DNA of 64,000 nucleotides from Dendrobates tinctorius (lineage: Eukaryota): assembly GCF_039654945.1 (NCBI RefSeq), contig NW_027361711.1:25358001-25422000 (forward strand), read 5' to 3'. The notes below the pieces were generated by a model, which worked only from the letters and a program-made list of their open reading frames with translations, did no database searches and was not told the DNA's origin. Below, piece by piece: positions 52,343 to 64,000 of the stretch (its first letter is position 1; each line of letters begins with the position of its first letter). The position numbers were made by a program, and so were the translations under genes.

Positions 52343-55300
52343 TAGAGATGAGCGACTTTGCCTTTTTTCGGGTATAGTCGGGTTTCATGAAACCCGACTT
52401 TCTCAAAAGTCGGGTCGAACAAAATCGGCCGATTATCGTGAAAAGTCAAAGGCCGACTGAAACACGAAATCCAATGCAAGTCAATGGGGAAGCAAAGTCA
52501 GCAGGGAGTGGAGGGAGGACATTAAACATACCTACAGTGCCCATTTGAATGACAAAAACATCAATTTTTATTACTGAAGCTTGTCAACCATAATTTACTT
52601 CATAATAATAGTTACGCACTGAAAACTGGGGGTTATTTGGCTAAAGTTATGGAGGGGTAGAGCTGGCTCCAGGTTTTCATGTACCCTGGGCCAAAGAGCG
52701 CCCCTTTAACACATACCACAACTCATGATGCTCCGATACGGTAGAGAAATAGCGGTATAGTACAATGAAAAATACTTCACTTTTTACATCTCATGACTGA
52801 TATCGATTTTAAATTCTCCAATAGCTCCAAAAACAGACAGTATATTACTCCATACAGTATTATGGGCAACACATAGTGCGCTATACAGAGTAATGAGGCC
52901 CATATATTTCTCCATATCATTGGTCCCATATAATGTTTGAAACAGTATATGATGAGCTCCACATAATGTTACAGTATATGTTGGTCCCCATGGATGAAGT
53001 TCCACTGTCTTATGGGCCCAAATAATGCTCCATATATAATGGGCCCCATTTCTAATGCTCCAGTGTATAATGGGCCCGGTAAATGCTGCTCCAGTGTCTG
53101 ATGTCCACCTTTGGAATGCTCCATTGTATGGTGGGCCCCATATATCATTCTCCAGAGTATAGTGCTTCCCAAAAATTGCTGTCCCAACATTGAAAACAAT
53201 TAAATAAGTCTCCTCACTAGGGAATCCCTGTACTAGTCTGGACTCCTCGTCGTCCCCATCTTCCATCTCACTGCACTTGGCTGTTTAGGCAGAGGGCGTA
53301 CAGACGTGATGTCATTGCGCTCTCTGATCAGAATATCACTGTCAGGACACGCGGAAGACGTCATGGCGGTGGAGCAGGGAGAGATAAGTATTTCAACTTT
53401 GCAAGTGCTGTGATCCAGAGCAAGCAGGGGGGGCCCACTCATTGGCGATGGCACTGGCACAGGGATCCTCATAGTACGGCAGTGTGTGGCGGTGTGTCTG
53501 ACGGCGGGTGGGCCCTCCCACCAGCAGAGACACTTTTGCGTACTATGAGGGACCCTGTGCCAGTGCCGTCGCCCATGAGTATGCCCCCCACACCTGCTCA
53601 AGGAACCTGCACTTTCATCTGCACCTTCCTCTTTTGTCACCTTGTAAGGTGGTATAGTATGCGGGAAGGGGAACCTGAGTTTCCTCAGGGTCAGATTCTG
53701 GCTGTGTAGAGTGTGAGGGGAATGTAGTGGTCTGGGTCAATATACCAGCAGAATCATCTAGCAGTGGCTAGGCATCAGTGCACTTGTGGCATCCCCAGGA
53801 GTACGGTCGCCACAGTGGCATTACCTTCCTCCTAGGGAGTGTGATGTCATGCTTGGGAGCAACGAAGGATCTCTCTAGCAGTTCAACCAACACACAACAC
53901 ATTTCCCACTCCACGCCAGCAGGGAGACCTCTGAACCTGACTGCTGAGGAGCTGCTCTCTGTGGTCGGGAGGAGGTAAGTTAGGGCACTCTGTGCAGGGA
54001 AGGGGAAGTGTGTGGATGTGAGAAGGGGAGCTGGAGGATGAGCAGAGTTAAGGCTCACTCCTAGCTGGAGCGCATGGTCCGGATTCCGGTCTCCGAGTTT
54101 GTAGAGACACTGACGTTCCTGCAGCAGAAACCGGAGGAAGTAGCAGCTGTAAATGCTCTGTATCCAACTAAGGCTCAGAGGCCCCAGCATCGACGTGTGG
54201 GAGCAAGAAGGAAAAGGCTACGACTGCCTGCCATACGAGAAAGTTCCAAAAGAGAGTCAACTTCATTGAACTCAGCACTGCGAGTACCTCAGATAAGCGC
54301 TAGAACAGAGGACACACTGCCTATTTGCAGAGAGAGAATTCGAAATTGGCTTCCAGGCTGACCAACTCCTTCTCCATCTGTACTCTGGGTCCTCGACGGC
54401 ACTTACCAAGTACAGGTAAAGGAACTGCAAGACTGTGTCTGTCATCTTTCTCCTGCGCCTGACGCACGGCTCTGCTACATCCTGCACTGCACACCATCTA
54501 CCAACTCTTTCATCTGCCCTGCGACTATGGCCCAACCTGTGCAGGGCTTCTACATCTTAGCTGCACCACAAGATCTGTCCCAGAGAAGCGACACTGCAGC
54601 GCTGATCAATCTAATCAGAAACCACAGGTGGCGTCACGTATCATTCACCTATAAATGTAATTCACCCCTTTGCATGGACGCCCAGGGCTACGGAATGGGT
54701 CACCCCCACCGTGACACATCCCTGTGAGACACCGGCCCGATACCGATTAACCCCACTGCCCTGGCTGGCCACCCACACTGCATGTCTGATTCACCTTGGA
54801 CTTGGGAATTCACGATTTGACTTGATAACCCAGGCATGGTATGATAGAAAGAGCTACATGGACTAATGTGAAGTGTGGCCTGCTGCATCATTCACTTTTG
54901 GTGAGGGTGAAGGACACAAGGAAAGGGGTTCTTCCTGACCAGGAGCCAGCACTTGATGACTCAGTGCTTGCATTTTTTGAAACTTCAGAAGAGGAGGGCA
55001 TATTTGTAGGAGTCTGTTTCGGCAATGTAAGCCAAAACCAGTTTTTCATGCTCCACCTTTAAAAGCGGTTAACCTACTCCCAGAAAAGGTAGCCTTCCAG
55101 GCGTTCCGGAGCCAGACCATGACGCAGGCTCAACACCTCCTACCTTAGCTGCTATTGTGCTTTTGCCACTACCAGCAGATGCACCACCACCATCAGCACC
55201 AGCTGGCCCCCCCCACGCCCACGTCCGCGACCTCTTCCACCAAAGTTCAAAATTTTGCAGAAAATAGACCCAAAATAACATCAGATATATGGCACTGTAT

Positions 55301-55990
55301 CAGAAGCATACAGCTCTATTCAGTCAAAGGATAATTGTCAATCTCCCTATATATTCCATCAGTCACACAGAGATGCTCATAGGCTCAGTATGGATTAGAC
55401 AAGAATATAAAATTTAGACAAAGTGTACAGTATCATCAGATAGCAGGTATATATAGTATAGTTTAAACATTCTAAATCTCCGTAGATATTTGAGGAGGCA
55501 CACACAGACACTCTCAGGCTCAGTATTGGATTACAACACAATCTAAAAAGCCGTAAAATGGTAATGGATCTCAAGAGTACAGCTGTACACAGTGTAGGTG
55601 TCATTGTTGTCAATTTCTGTATTTATTTCCACAGTCAGAAAATAACTCTCACTTGGTCAGTTTGGATTAGACCAGAATATAACAAGCAGTAAATGGGTAA
55701 TGTATCTCAAGCGTAGAGCTGTATACAGTGTTGGGGTAATTTTTAAATGTACATCTAAATTGCACGAGTAACCCATAGACACTCACACGCTCAGGATGGA
55801 TCACACCACAATATAACAAGTAGATCCGCAAGAAATAATCACACATGTGGGACAATGTTCCAGGTGTCAATGATACACTTATAGTGTTGGTTGGAGGAGG
55901 ACTTTCTGGCAGAAAGAGTACAGTATCACCAGATACCAGGTATATATAGCATAGTTTAAACATTAACAATTTACATCTATATATCAGGAG
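52343..55990 (-). mobile_element. Internally deleted hAT derivative
   Basis: TAGAGATGAGCG terminus; 53600-53784 and 54776-55260 are homologous to 61470-62100 (transposase N-terminus); hairpin shared with 58197-58360. Confidence 0.7.
53785..54775 (+). mobile_element. Solo LTR
   Basis: TGTGGCATCCCC...GGCCACCCA with TSD CACT; the empty site is visible in the homologous sequence near 61610 (cagtgcactccatgtc). Confidence 0.85.
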
Positions 55991-56349
55991 TAGTGTTGAG
56001 CCACCCCGCTAGTGTTTTGGTTCGTCGCACAGGAGGCAAGTTCGTCGAATGTTCGTCGAACGTTCGAAGAACACCGTCGAACCCCATTGAAAACAATGGC
56101 AGGCAAACACAAACACATACAAACACATAGAAAACAATTACAAAACACCTTTAAAGGCGTCCCAAAGCAGACAAAATGCTCAGAAGACAAAAATAACACA
56201 TGGAAAAGGGCAACTACATTTAGAAAAGAGGTGGAGGAGTAAAAGGAGGAGGTGGAGGAGACACAGATATAGGCTTGTCATGCCCTTATGAAGTCAAGAA
56301 AGGCTGGAATAAAAATGTAAAATACAAACCAAAAAAAAAAAAAATTCTG

Positions 56350-56965
56350 AAATCGAACACGATCATATACCGTCGGACTTCCCACCAATAAATTATGCCA
56401 ACTGCCGATGGGGCGGCGTTATTCCCACGAACCTCCAAACTGCGTCCATGAAGGCAGTGTTTGGTTTCCGGGGGGCTGTATGATTGCAAAGCTGAACCTT
56501 AAACAATGTCCAAAAGGGCACCACCAGGAGTGGAGCCTGTGGCTTAATTGGACTCCACCCGGGAAACCACAACCATACAAGCTACAGAAAAGATGGACAG
56601 ATTGCAAGCTTTGTCGATTCTGTGTGTGGTGTGGTATGTCCGTTTGTAGTTGTGCTAGCGATTTCTCAGCTTTATTCCGTTAACGACCGAGACGCCGGCA
56701 TGCCCCCGCGGTACGCGTCAAGCTTACTAGAGGGATACGCGAGGCTCTGGCACGCGAGATCGAGCAATAACAGGTCTATCATGCCCTTACATGTCCAGGG
56801 CTGCATGCGCGCTACACTGAAAGGACCAGTTTTTGTCGCTTACAGGTGCTGATAACCCGCTGAACACCATTAGTGATGGGCATCTGGGATTCCAATTATT
56901 CCCCGCGAACGATGATTTCCCAGTAAGTGCAGGTCAACCGCAATTACGGAATTAGGCCTAACCGG
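56350..56965 (+). pseudogene. Diverged 18S rRNA fragment (central to 3' region)
   Basis: Colinear matches to 18S signatures: gcaaagctgaa, agggcaccaccaggagtggagcctg.ggcttaatt, gagatcgagcaataacaggtct, gcgcgctacactga, ttcccagtaagtgc. Confidence 0.92.
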
Positions 56966-57539
56966 CATTCCTGACAAAATGAAAAAATTACGTGTCCAAA
57001 CCACAGGTGCTGTAGCTTGCTTAACAGCTCGGCAGCCATTCTCAGGCCCAGTATGGATTCGACAACATTGTAGAAAGTTGATAAAGGGTACAGTTTCACC
57101 GGCTAACACGTATATATGTAGCATGATTTACACATTAAAAACCTATGTCTGTAGATCAGGAGGCAGGATCAGACGGTCTCAGGCCCAGTATGGATTAGAC
57201 GTGATTGGACAAAGGTGAGAAAGGGTAACGTATCACCGGATTACAGGTATGTATAGCATAGTCTACACATTAAAAACCTATGTCTATAGATCAGGAGGCA
57301 GGCTCAGACGGTCTCAGGCCCAGTATGGATTAGACGTGATTGGACAAAGGTGAGAAAGGGTACATTATCACTGGATAGCAGGTATATATAGCATAGTTTA
57401 AACATTTAAAATCTCCGTGTTCTCAGTATGGATTAGACAACAATCTAAAAAGTAGAAAAAAGGAAATGTTTTTGAAGCGTACACCAGTATACACTTTTGG
57501 TGGTATTTTTAAATCTTCATATATATTTCTGTCTCAGTA

Positions 57540-58150
57540 AGACAGTCCAGCATCTCCGCAATACGAAATGAGATACATACAATTACTGACTTAAAGTCTA
57601 GTGATTGCAGAAATCTAGGAATTAATAATCATGGGAAAAAACTTCCGACACAATTCTCAGAGGCGATGCTGACCCTCAATTAATTTGTGTGTGGAGACAG
57701 CGAAAACAAAACTTTGTGAAGAAAGTGTTGCTGTATCGCATTACCGTTGATCCCATCAGCGTTACTCATCTCCATCAATTTTTTATCACAGGGAGAGATG
57801 TAAACATGTTGCTCACTGCCTATCATGATCTGTCACGTAACTTTGGAGTGCAAAAGACAGAAGCCACAGGCCGTAGGCGATTCTATGGGATTGGCATGAG
57901 ACGGCACATTTAAAAATGTGCGCCGGAATGTCACACGTCTATGAGTAGGAAAACTGTGAAAGCTGATGATAAACCACCACTGCATGTCATTGTGAGTCGA
58001 CGTCCATAAGAAATGGAAGCCATTGATCATCTGAAGCTAGAGCCCGGCCAGCGGAACAGGGCATAGCTACGTCTTAACCATCATCTATCAGTTCAACAAA
58101 TTTGTAGTGGCAGACCCAGTGAAGGATTTGACAGCCCAGACTACACAGCG
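57540..58150 (+). pseudogene. Gypsy integrase relic (HHCC region and start of the core)
   Basis: WRQRKQNFVKKVLLYR, AYHDLSRNFGVQKTEAT.RRRFY, AIDHLKLEP, SYVLTII.QFNKFVVADPVKDLTAQTT. Confidence 0.75.
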
Positions 58151-58559
58151 GAGGAGCAGGGAGAGGTAAACATTGCAAATGCTGTGGCCCTGCCAAAGCA
58201 AGGGGGGCACATTCGTGGGTGTCGGTACTGGCACTGGGCCCCTCATAGTACGGCGGTGGGTCTGACGGCGGGTGTGCGCCCCCACCATCAGAGACACTTG
58301 ATTGCACTATGAGGGACCCTGTGCCAGTGCCCGCGCCCAAGAGTCGGCCTACCCACCTGTCCAGGGCAACGGCACTCACACGGATGTGTGCGCTAGGTGG
58401 TGACCCCGGCCATGGGGGGGGAGGCAGCCCAGTTAGGGAGGTTTACAAAATGGCATATGTTGATCTGGGACATTCAGTTGCTGCTAAAGGTGAAATTGGT
58501 CAAGTCCGAGGAGGACCAAAGCAAGCCATTTTTCTGGCAACCTATGTGTCATCAGGGTA

Positions 58560-61500
58560 AGGTGGGACAAAATCCTTGGAAACCCATGCAGGGTTCATTT
58601 TAATGAAGGTTAGATCATCCACATTTTGGGTCGACAGACGGGTCCTTTTTTTCTGTCAGGAGTGATCCAGCTGCACTGAAGACTCTTTCTGATAGCACAC
58701 TTGCAGCTGGGCAAGTGAGTTCCTGTAAGGCATATTGTGCCAATTCAGGCCAGGTGTCCAGTTTAGCGGCCCAATAGTCAAATGGGAATGACCTGTGAAG
58801 GAGAACATCGATATGGGACGAGAAGTAGTTTGTAACCATAGTTGACAACGGCTGTCTCCTGTCACTTTCAATCGATGCAGTATTACCAGTCGTGTGAGCG
58901 GGACTTGAAAAATCAGTCCACAACATGGTCATGAAACCCCTGTCCCCAGCGCCACTTCTGATGTGTGCACCACGAACACCTCTTCCAAGCTGCCCCCAGC
59001 CTCTACGGCTCGTGTGAGAACCATCACCGCTGCTGTGTGCTGGGAATGCCTCAACCAACCGGTTTACCAGAGTTGCTTGTTTGCTAACCAATATTAGGTC
59101 AAGGTTCTCCTGTGGCATGATGTTTTGGAATTTGCCTTTATAGCATGGATCCAGGATGCTGGCCAACCATAGTCGTCATTGTTCATCATTTTGGCAATGC
59201 GGGGGTCCCTTTTTAGGATCTGCAAGGCATAATCTGACATGTGGGCCAATGTTCCCGGTGTCAATGATGCACTGCGAGTACTGGGTGGAGGAGCACTTTC
59301 TGGCAAATCCACATCCCTCCAGTCACGCACAAACCCTGTACCAGACCTTGCCACGCCAACATTTTCTCTTGCCCCACGAGAAGCATCCTCCTCCCCTAAA
59401 TAATCATCCCCATCATCATCCTTCTCCTCCTCCTCTTCTTCCTCCACCTCGTCCAGGAGAGGTCCCGGACCAGACAATGGCTGACTGTCATCAAGGCTTC
59501 CCTCCTCCTCTTCCTCCTCATCTACCTCAGCTGCAGACGCCTGCTCCTTAATGTGCATCAAAGTTTGCATGAGCAGACGCATAAGTGGGATGCTCATGCT
59601 TATGATGGCATCGTCTGCGCTTACCAGCCGTGTGCATTCCTCAAAACACTGAAGGACTTTACAGAGGTCTTTCAGCTTCGACCACTGCACACCTGTCAAC
59701 TCCATGTCTGCCCTCAAAGTGCCTGCCCGTGTATCCTCCCACAAATGCATTATGGTCTGCCTCTGTTCGCACAGCCACTCAACCATGTGCAGGGTGGAGT
59801 TCCACCTTGTTGCAATGTCGATAATTAGGCGGTGCTTGGGAAGGTGGAGCAATCACTGTAGCTTCTGCATACGATTGGAGTGTACCGGCGACCGGCGGAT
59901 GTGCGAGCACAGTCTTCGAACTTTATGGAGCAGGCCTTTTAACTCCGGATAATTATTGAGGAAGCACTGCACCAGGTTCAAGGTGTGAGCCAAGCAAGGT
60001 ATGTGGCTGAGTTTTGAAAGGGCTATGGCTGCCACAAAATTCCGGCCGTTATCACTAACTACCTTGCCTGCCTCAAGATGTAGACTGCCCAGCCATGACT
60101 CAGTTTGTCACTGAAAGTAGTCAGCCAGTACCCCCGCGGTGTGTCTGTCGCCCAAACACATCATCTGCAACACAGCCTGCTGACGCTTTCCACTAGCTGA
60201 TCGATAGGGGGACACCTCGTGTGCAACACTGGCAGCTGCGGATGGAGTGCTCGTGCAGCTGCTCTCTGTGGACGAGCTTTCGCTTCTGGAGGAGGAGGAG
60301 GAGGGGCGAATGCCTACAGCCAACTCTTTCCTATACCGTGGGCTAGGCAGCACTGTCCCACCACCGCTGTCCCCTGTGGACCCTGCATCCACCACATTAA
60401 CCCAGTGCACAGTGATGGACACGTAATGGCCCTGGCCATGCCTACTGGACCATGCATCAGTTGTGAGGTGCACCTTTCCACTCACTGATTGCTTGAGTGC
60501 ATGGACAATGCGGTCTTTCACATGAAGGTGGAGGGCTGGGATGGCTTTGCGAGAAAAGAAGTGGTGACGGGGTAGGTCATAGTGTGGTGCAGCGTAGGCC
60601 ATGAGTTCGCGGAAAGCTGCGCTTTCAACCAACCAGTAGGGCATCATCTCTAACTAGATTAGTTTGGCAATGTGTGCATTCAAACCCAGTGTATGCGGAT
60701 GAGAGGATGAGTACTTTCTTGTCCTACTCATAGTCTCTGGTAAGGTGAGCTGGACTTGAGAGCTGCATATGGTGGAACTAGAGGTGGACATGGCGGACTG
60801 AGAGGGGGTTGATGATGGTGATGGAGTTGGTGTTCTTTCTGATGGCCTAGATTCAGTCTTTCGCTGATATAACATTGTGATTCCCTGACTGCTTTGGCCT
60901 TGCGACGACACCTCAACATTTGCTGCTGGAGGTGTGCTAATCGGTGGGCTGTAAAGTGGGGGAAACAATGTAGCGTTGCTGACTACCTTCTTTGGGAGCA
61001 GTTGCACATGTGGTACGTGAGGTTTGGTAGTCCGTCCACGCTTGCAAGTGCATCGTGGTTAAATGTCTAAGCATGCAACTGGTAATCAAATTTCTCAGAT
61101 TTTTCCCTCGGCTAAAGGTCTTCGCGCACTTCTTACAGATAACCTTTGCCTGATCATTAGGATTTTGTTCAAAAAAGTGCCACACTGCACTCTTCCTACT
61201 ATGGAAGACATTTTGAGGCCTTGCATGCTGTGCTATTTTGACCATCTGGCCAAGCTGTCCTGCAACTCTTTTGGTTTTTGTAACCCGTTTTTGGACTGCT
61301 CCGGGCCTGCCAGATAACAGCTGTTGCGATGTCGATGCCTGCTACGGATGTTCCTCCTCTTCTGAGCTATTGGCAGCGGCACCCTCTTCCCCCAATGGAT
61401 GCCAATCTGGGTCAACAACTGGGTCATCCATCACCTCCTCTTCAATGTCATGTGCTCCTTCCTCTGTGTCACCGTGTATGGTGGTATAGTATGCGGGAAG

Positions 61501-62100
61501 GGGCACCTGAGTTTCATCAGGGTCAGATTCTGGCTCAGTACACTGCGAGGACAACGTAGTGCTCTGAGTGAATGTACCAGCAGATCAATCTAGCAGTGGC
61601 TGTGCATCAGTGCACTCCATGTCAGATTCATCTTGGACTGGGGAATTCACGATTTGACTTGATAACCCAGGCATTGTATGAGAAAAGAGCTCCATGGAGT
61701 AATCTGTATTGTGGCCTGCTGCATCCTTCACTTTTGGTAGAGGTGAAGGACACAAGGAAAGGTGTTGTTCCTGACCAGGAGCCTCCACTGACCACGCAGT
61801 GCTTTTATTTTTAGAAACTTCAGAAGAGGAGGCGATAGAGCTGGAGACTGTGTCAGCAATGTAAGCCAAAACTTGTTCCTGAAGCTCCGGCTTTAAAAGC
61901 GGTTTACTTACTCCCAGAAAAGGGAGCCTACGAGGCCTTGTGGAGCCAGACAATGACGCCGGCTCACCACCTCCTGCCTTAGGTGCTATTGCCACAACCA
62001 GCAGAAGCACCACCACCAACACCACCATCAGGACCAGCTGGCAACCCCCGCCCACTTCCACGCCTCTTCCACCATACTTCTTCATTTTTTTTAAAAAGGT
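58560..62100 (-). pseudogene. hAT transposase with BED zinc finger, frameshifted
   Basis: SAVWHFF...VICKKC...MLRHL (BED), VHLTTDAWSS, PCLAHTLNL, DIATRWNST, LDPCYK, CPAASVLSERVFSAAG. Confidence 0.92.
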
Positions 62101-62154
62101 ACCCAAAATAACAACAGCTATATGGTACTGTAAAACAAGGTAAAGGGTCTATAT

Positions 62155-63570
62155 TGTATTGGTGAGAATTTGAAGTTCACTGTAGATTCGAGGACGCTGA
62201 ACTATTGTCTCAGGCCCAGTAGAGATTACACCACAATGTGACAGGCAGAAATTGGCTGGTGTATGAGAAGACAGAAGCTGTATAGAGTATTGGTGAGAAT
62301 TTGAATCTCACTGTAGATTGGAGGACGCTGAACTACTGTCTCAGGCCCAGTAGAGATTACACCACAATGTGACAGGCAGAAATTGGCTGGTGTATGAGAA
62401 GACAGAAGCTGTATTGAGTATTGGTGAGAATTTGAATCTCACTGTAGATTGGAGGACGCTGAACTATTGTCTCAGGCCCAGTAGAGATTACACCGCAATG
62501 TGACAGGCAGAAATTGGCTGGTGTATGAGAAGACAGAAGCTGTAAAGAGTATTGGTGAGAATTTGAATCTCATTGTAGATTGGAGGACGCTGAACTATTG
62601 TCTCAGGCCAAGTAGAGATTACACCGCAATGTTACAGGCAGAAATTGGCTGGTGTATGAGAAGACAGAAGCTGTATAGAGTATTGGTGAGAATTTGAATC
62701 TCACTGTAGATTGGAGGACGCTGAACTATTGTCTCAGGCCCAGTATAGATTACACCGCAATGTGACAGGCAGAAATTGGCTGGTGTATGAGAAGACAGAA
62801 GCTGTATAGAGTATTGGTGAGAATTTGAATCTCACTGTAGATTGGAGGACGCTGAACTATTGTCTCAGGCCCAGTAGAGATTACACCGCAATGTGACAGG
62901 CAGAAATTGGCTGGTGTATGAGAAGACAGAAGCTGTATAGAGTATTGGTGAGAATTTGAATCTCACTGTAGATTGGAGGATGCTGAACTATTGTCTCAGG
63001 CCCAGTAGAGATTACACCGCAATGTGACAGGCAGAAATTGGCTGGTGTATGAGAAGACAGAAGCTGTATAGAGTATTGGTGAGAATTTGAATCTCACTGT
63101 AGATTGGAGGATGCTGAACTATTGTCTCAGGCCCAGTAGAGATTACACCGCAATGTGACAGGCAGAAATTGGCTGGTGTATGAGAAGACAGAAGCTGTAA
63201 AGAGTATTGGTGAGAATTTGAATCTCACTGTAGATTGGAGGATGCTGAACTATTGTCTCAGGCCCAGTATAGATTACACCGCAATGTGACAGGCAGAAAT
63301 TGGCTGGTGTATGAGAAGGCAGAAGCTGTATAGAGTATTGGTGAGAATTTGAATCTCACTGTAGATTGGAGGATGCTGAACTATTGTCTCAGGCCCAGTA
63401 GAGATTACACCGCAATGTGACAGGCAGAAATTGGCTGGTGTATGAGAAGATAGAAGCTGTATAGAGTATTGGTGAGAATTTGAATCTCACTGTAGATTGG
63501 AGGACGCTGAACTATTGTCTCAGGCCCAGTAGAGATTACACCGCAATGTGACAGGCAGAAATTGCCTAGT
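62155..63570. repeat. 131-bp tandem repeat, about 11 highly similar copies
   Basis: ggtgagaattt recurs at 62161, 62292, 62423, 62554 and onward. Confidence 0.95.
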
Positions 63571-64000
63571 GTATGGCTAACTACAAGGTGTATATAGATT
63601 TGGGCAGAATTGGAATCTGCCTAGAGTGTAGGTCTGTAAGAACGGACAAACTCCTCGGCTTTTTCTTACAGAGTCACACACAGATAGCTTCAATTTGGCC
63701 GCTGAACTATTGTCTCTGGCCCAGGACAGATTACACCGCATTATGATAGGCGAAATTGCCTCGTGTATGACTAACTACAAGGTGTATATAGAATTGGGCA
63801 GAATTGGAATCTGCCTAGAGTGTAGGTCTGTAAGAACGGACAAACTCCTCGGCTTTTTCTTACAGAGTCACACACAGATAGCTTCAATTTGGCCGCTGAA
63901 CTATTGTCTCTGGCCCAGGACAGATTACACCGCAATGTGACAGGCAGAAATTGCCTAGTGTATGACTAAATACAAGGTGTATATAGAATTGGGCAGAATT
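63570..64000. repeat. Variant tandem unit of about 194-195 bp sharing part of the 131-bp monomer
   Basis: tacaaggtgtatatag at 63582, 63776 and 63971; shares gctgaactattgtctc...gattacaccgca with the 131-bp unit. Confidence 0.85.

Larger units (their letters stand above)
55991..64000 (-). mobile_element. Large hAT transposon running off the window end, with captured sequences
   Basis: TAGTGTTGAGC terminus at 55991; transposase at about 58560-62100; satellites upstream of the gene. Confidence 0.8.

Noticed and set aside
56350-56965. Functional 18S rRNA gene
   Set aside because: Partial, with substitutions in universally conserved positions and no ITS/5.8S/28S context.
62155-63570. CRISPR-like array
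   Set aside because: Units repeat over their whole length with no unique spacers; eukaryotic context and no cas genes.

Overview
This is repeat-saturated vertebrate genomic DNA. The repeat spectrum (TTAA/T2-type MITEs, Harbinger MITEs, hAT elements with TAG(A/G/T)G(A/T)TGAG ends, Tc1, L2, Penelope, Gypsy LTRs) suggests an anuran (frog/toad) genome; that is inference. No host gene can be confidently identified, and only two weak exon-like candidates were seen. The window is a stack of nested transposons: L2 fragments, several Tc1/mariner copies including a DD41D element, a Harbinger element whose spliced transposase reading frame is intact, degenerate hAT elements, a chromodomain-bearing Gypsy provirus and several solo LTRs. 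The strongest finding is a TSD-flanked, tRNA-Ser-primed LTR element (14401-18256) with no recognisable gag and only a pol relic, which instead carries a cold-shock-domain (CSD) ORF and a long AT-rich hairpin. The second is a hAT element (from 55991) whose subterminal region carries a diverged 18S rRNA fragment, a Gypsy integrase relic and a long hairpin that is conserved in a second hAT copy. All family assignments come from motif recognition by eye; no database searches were run.
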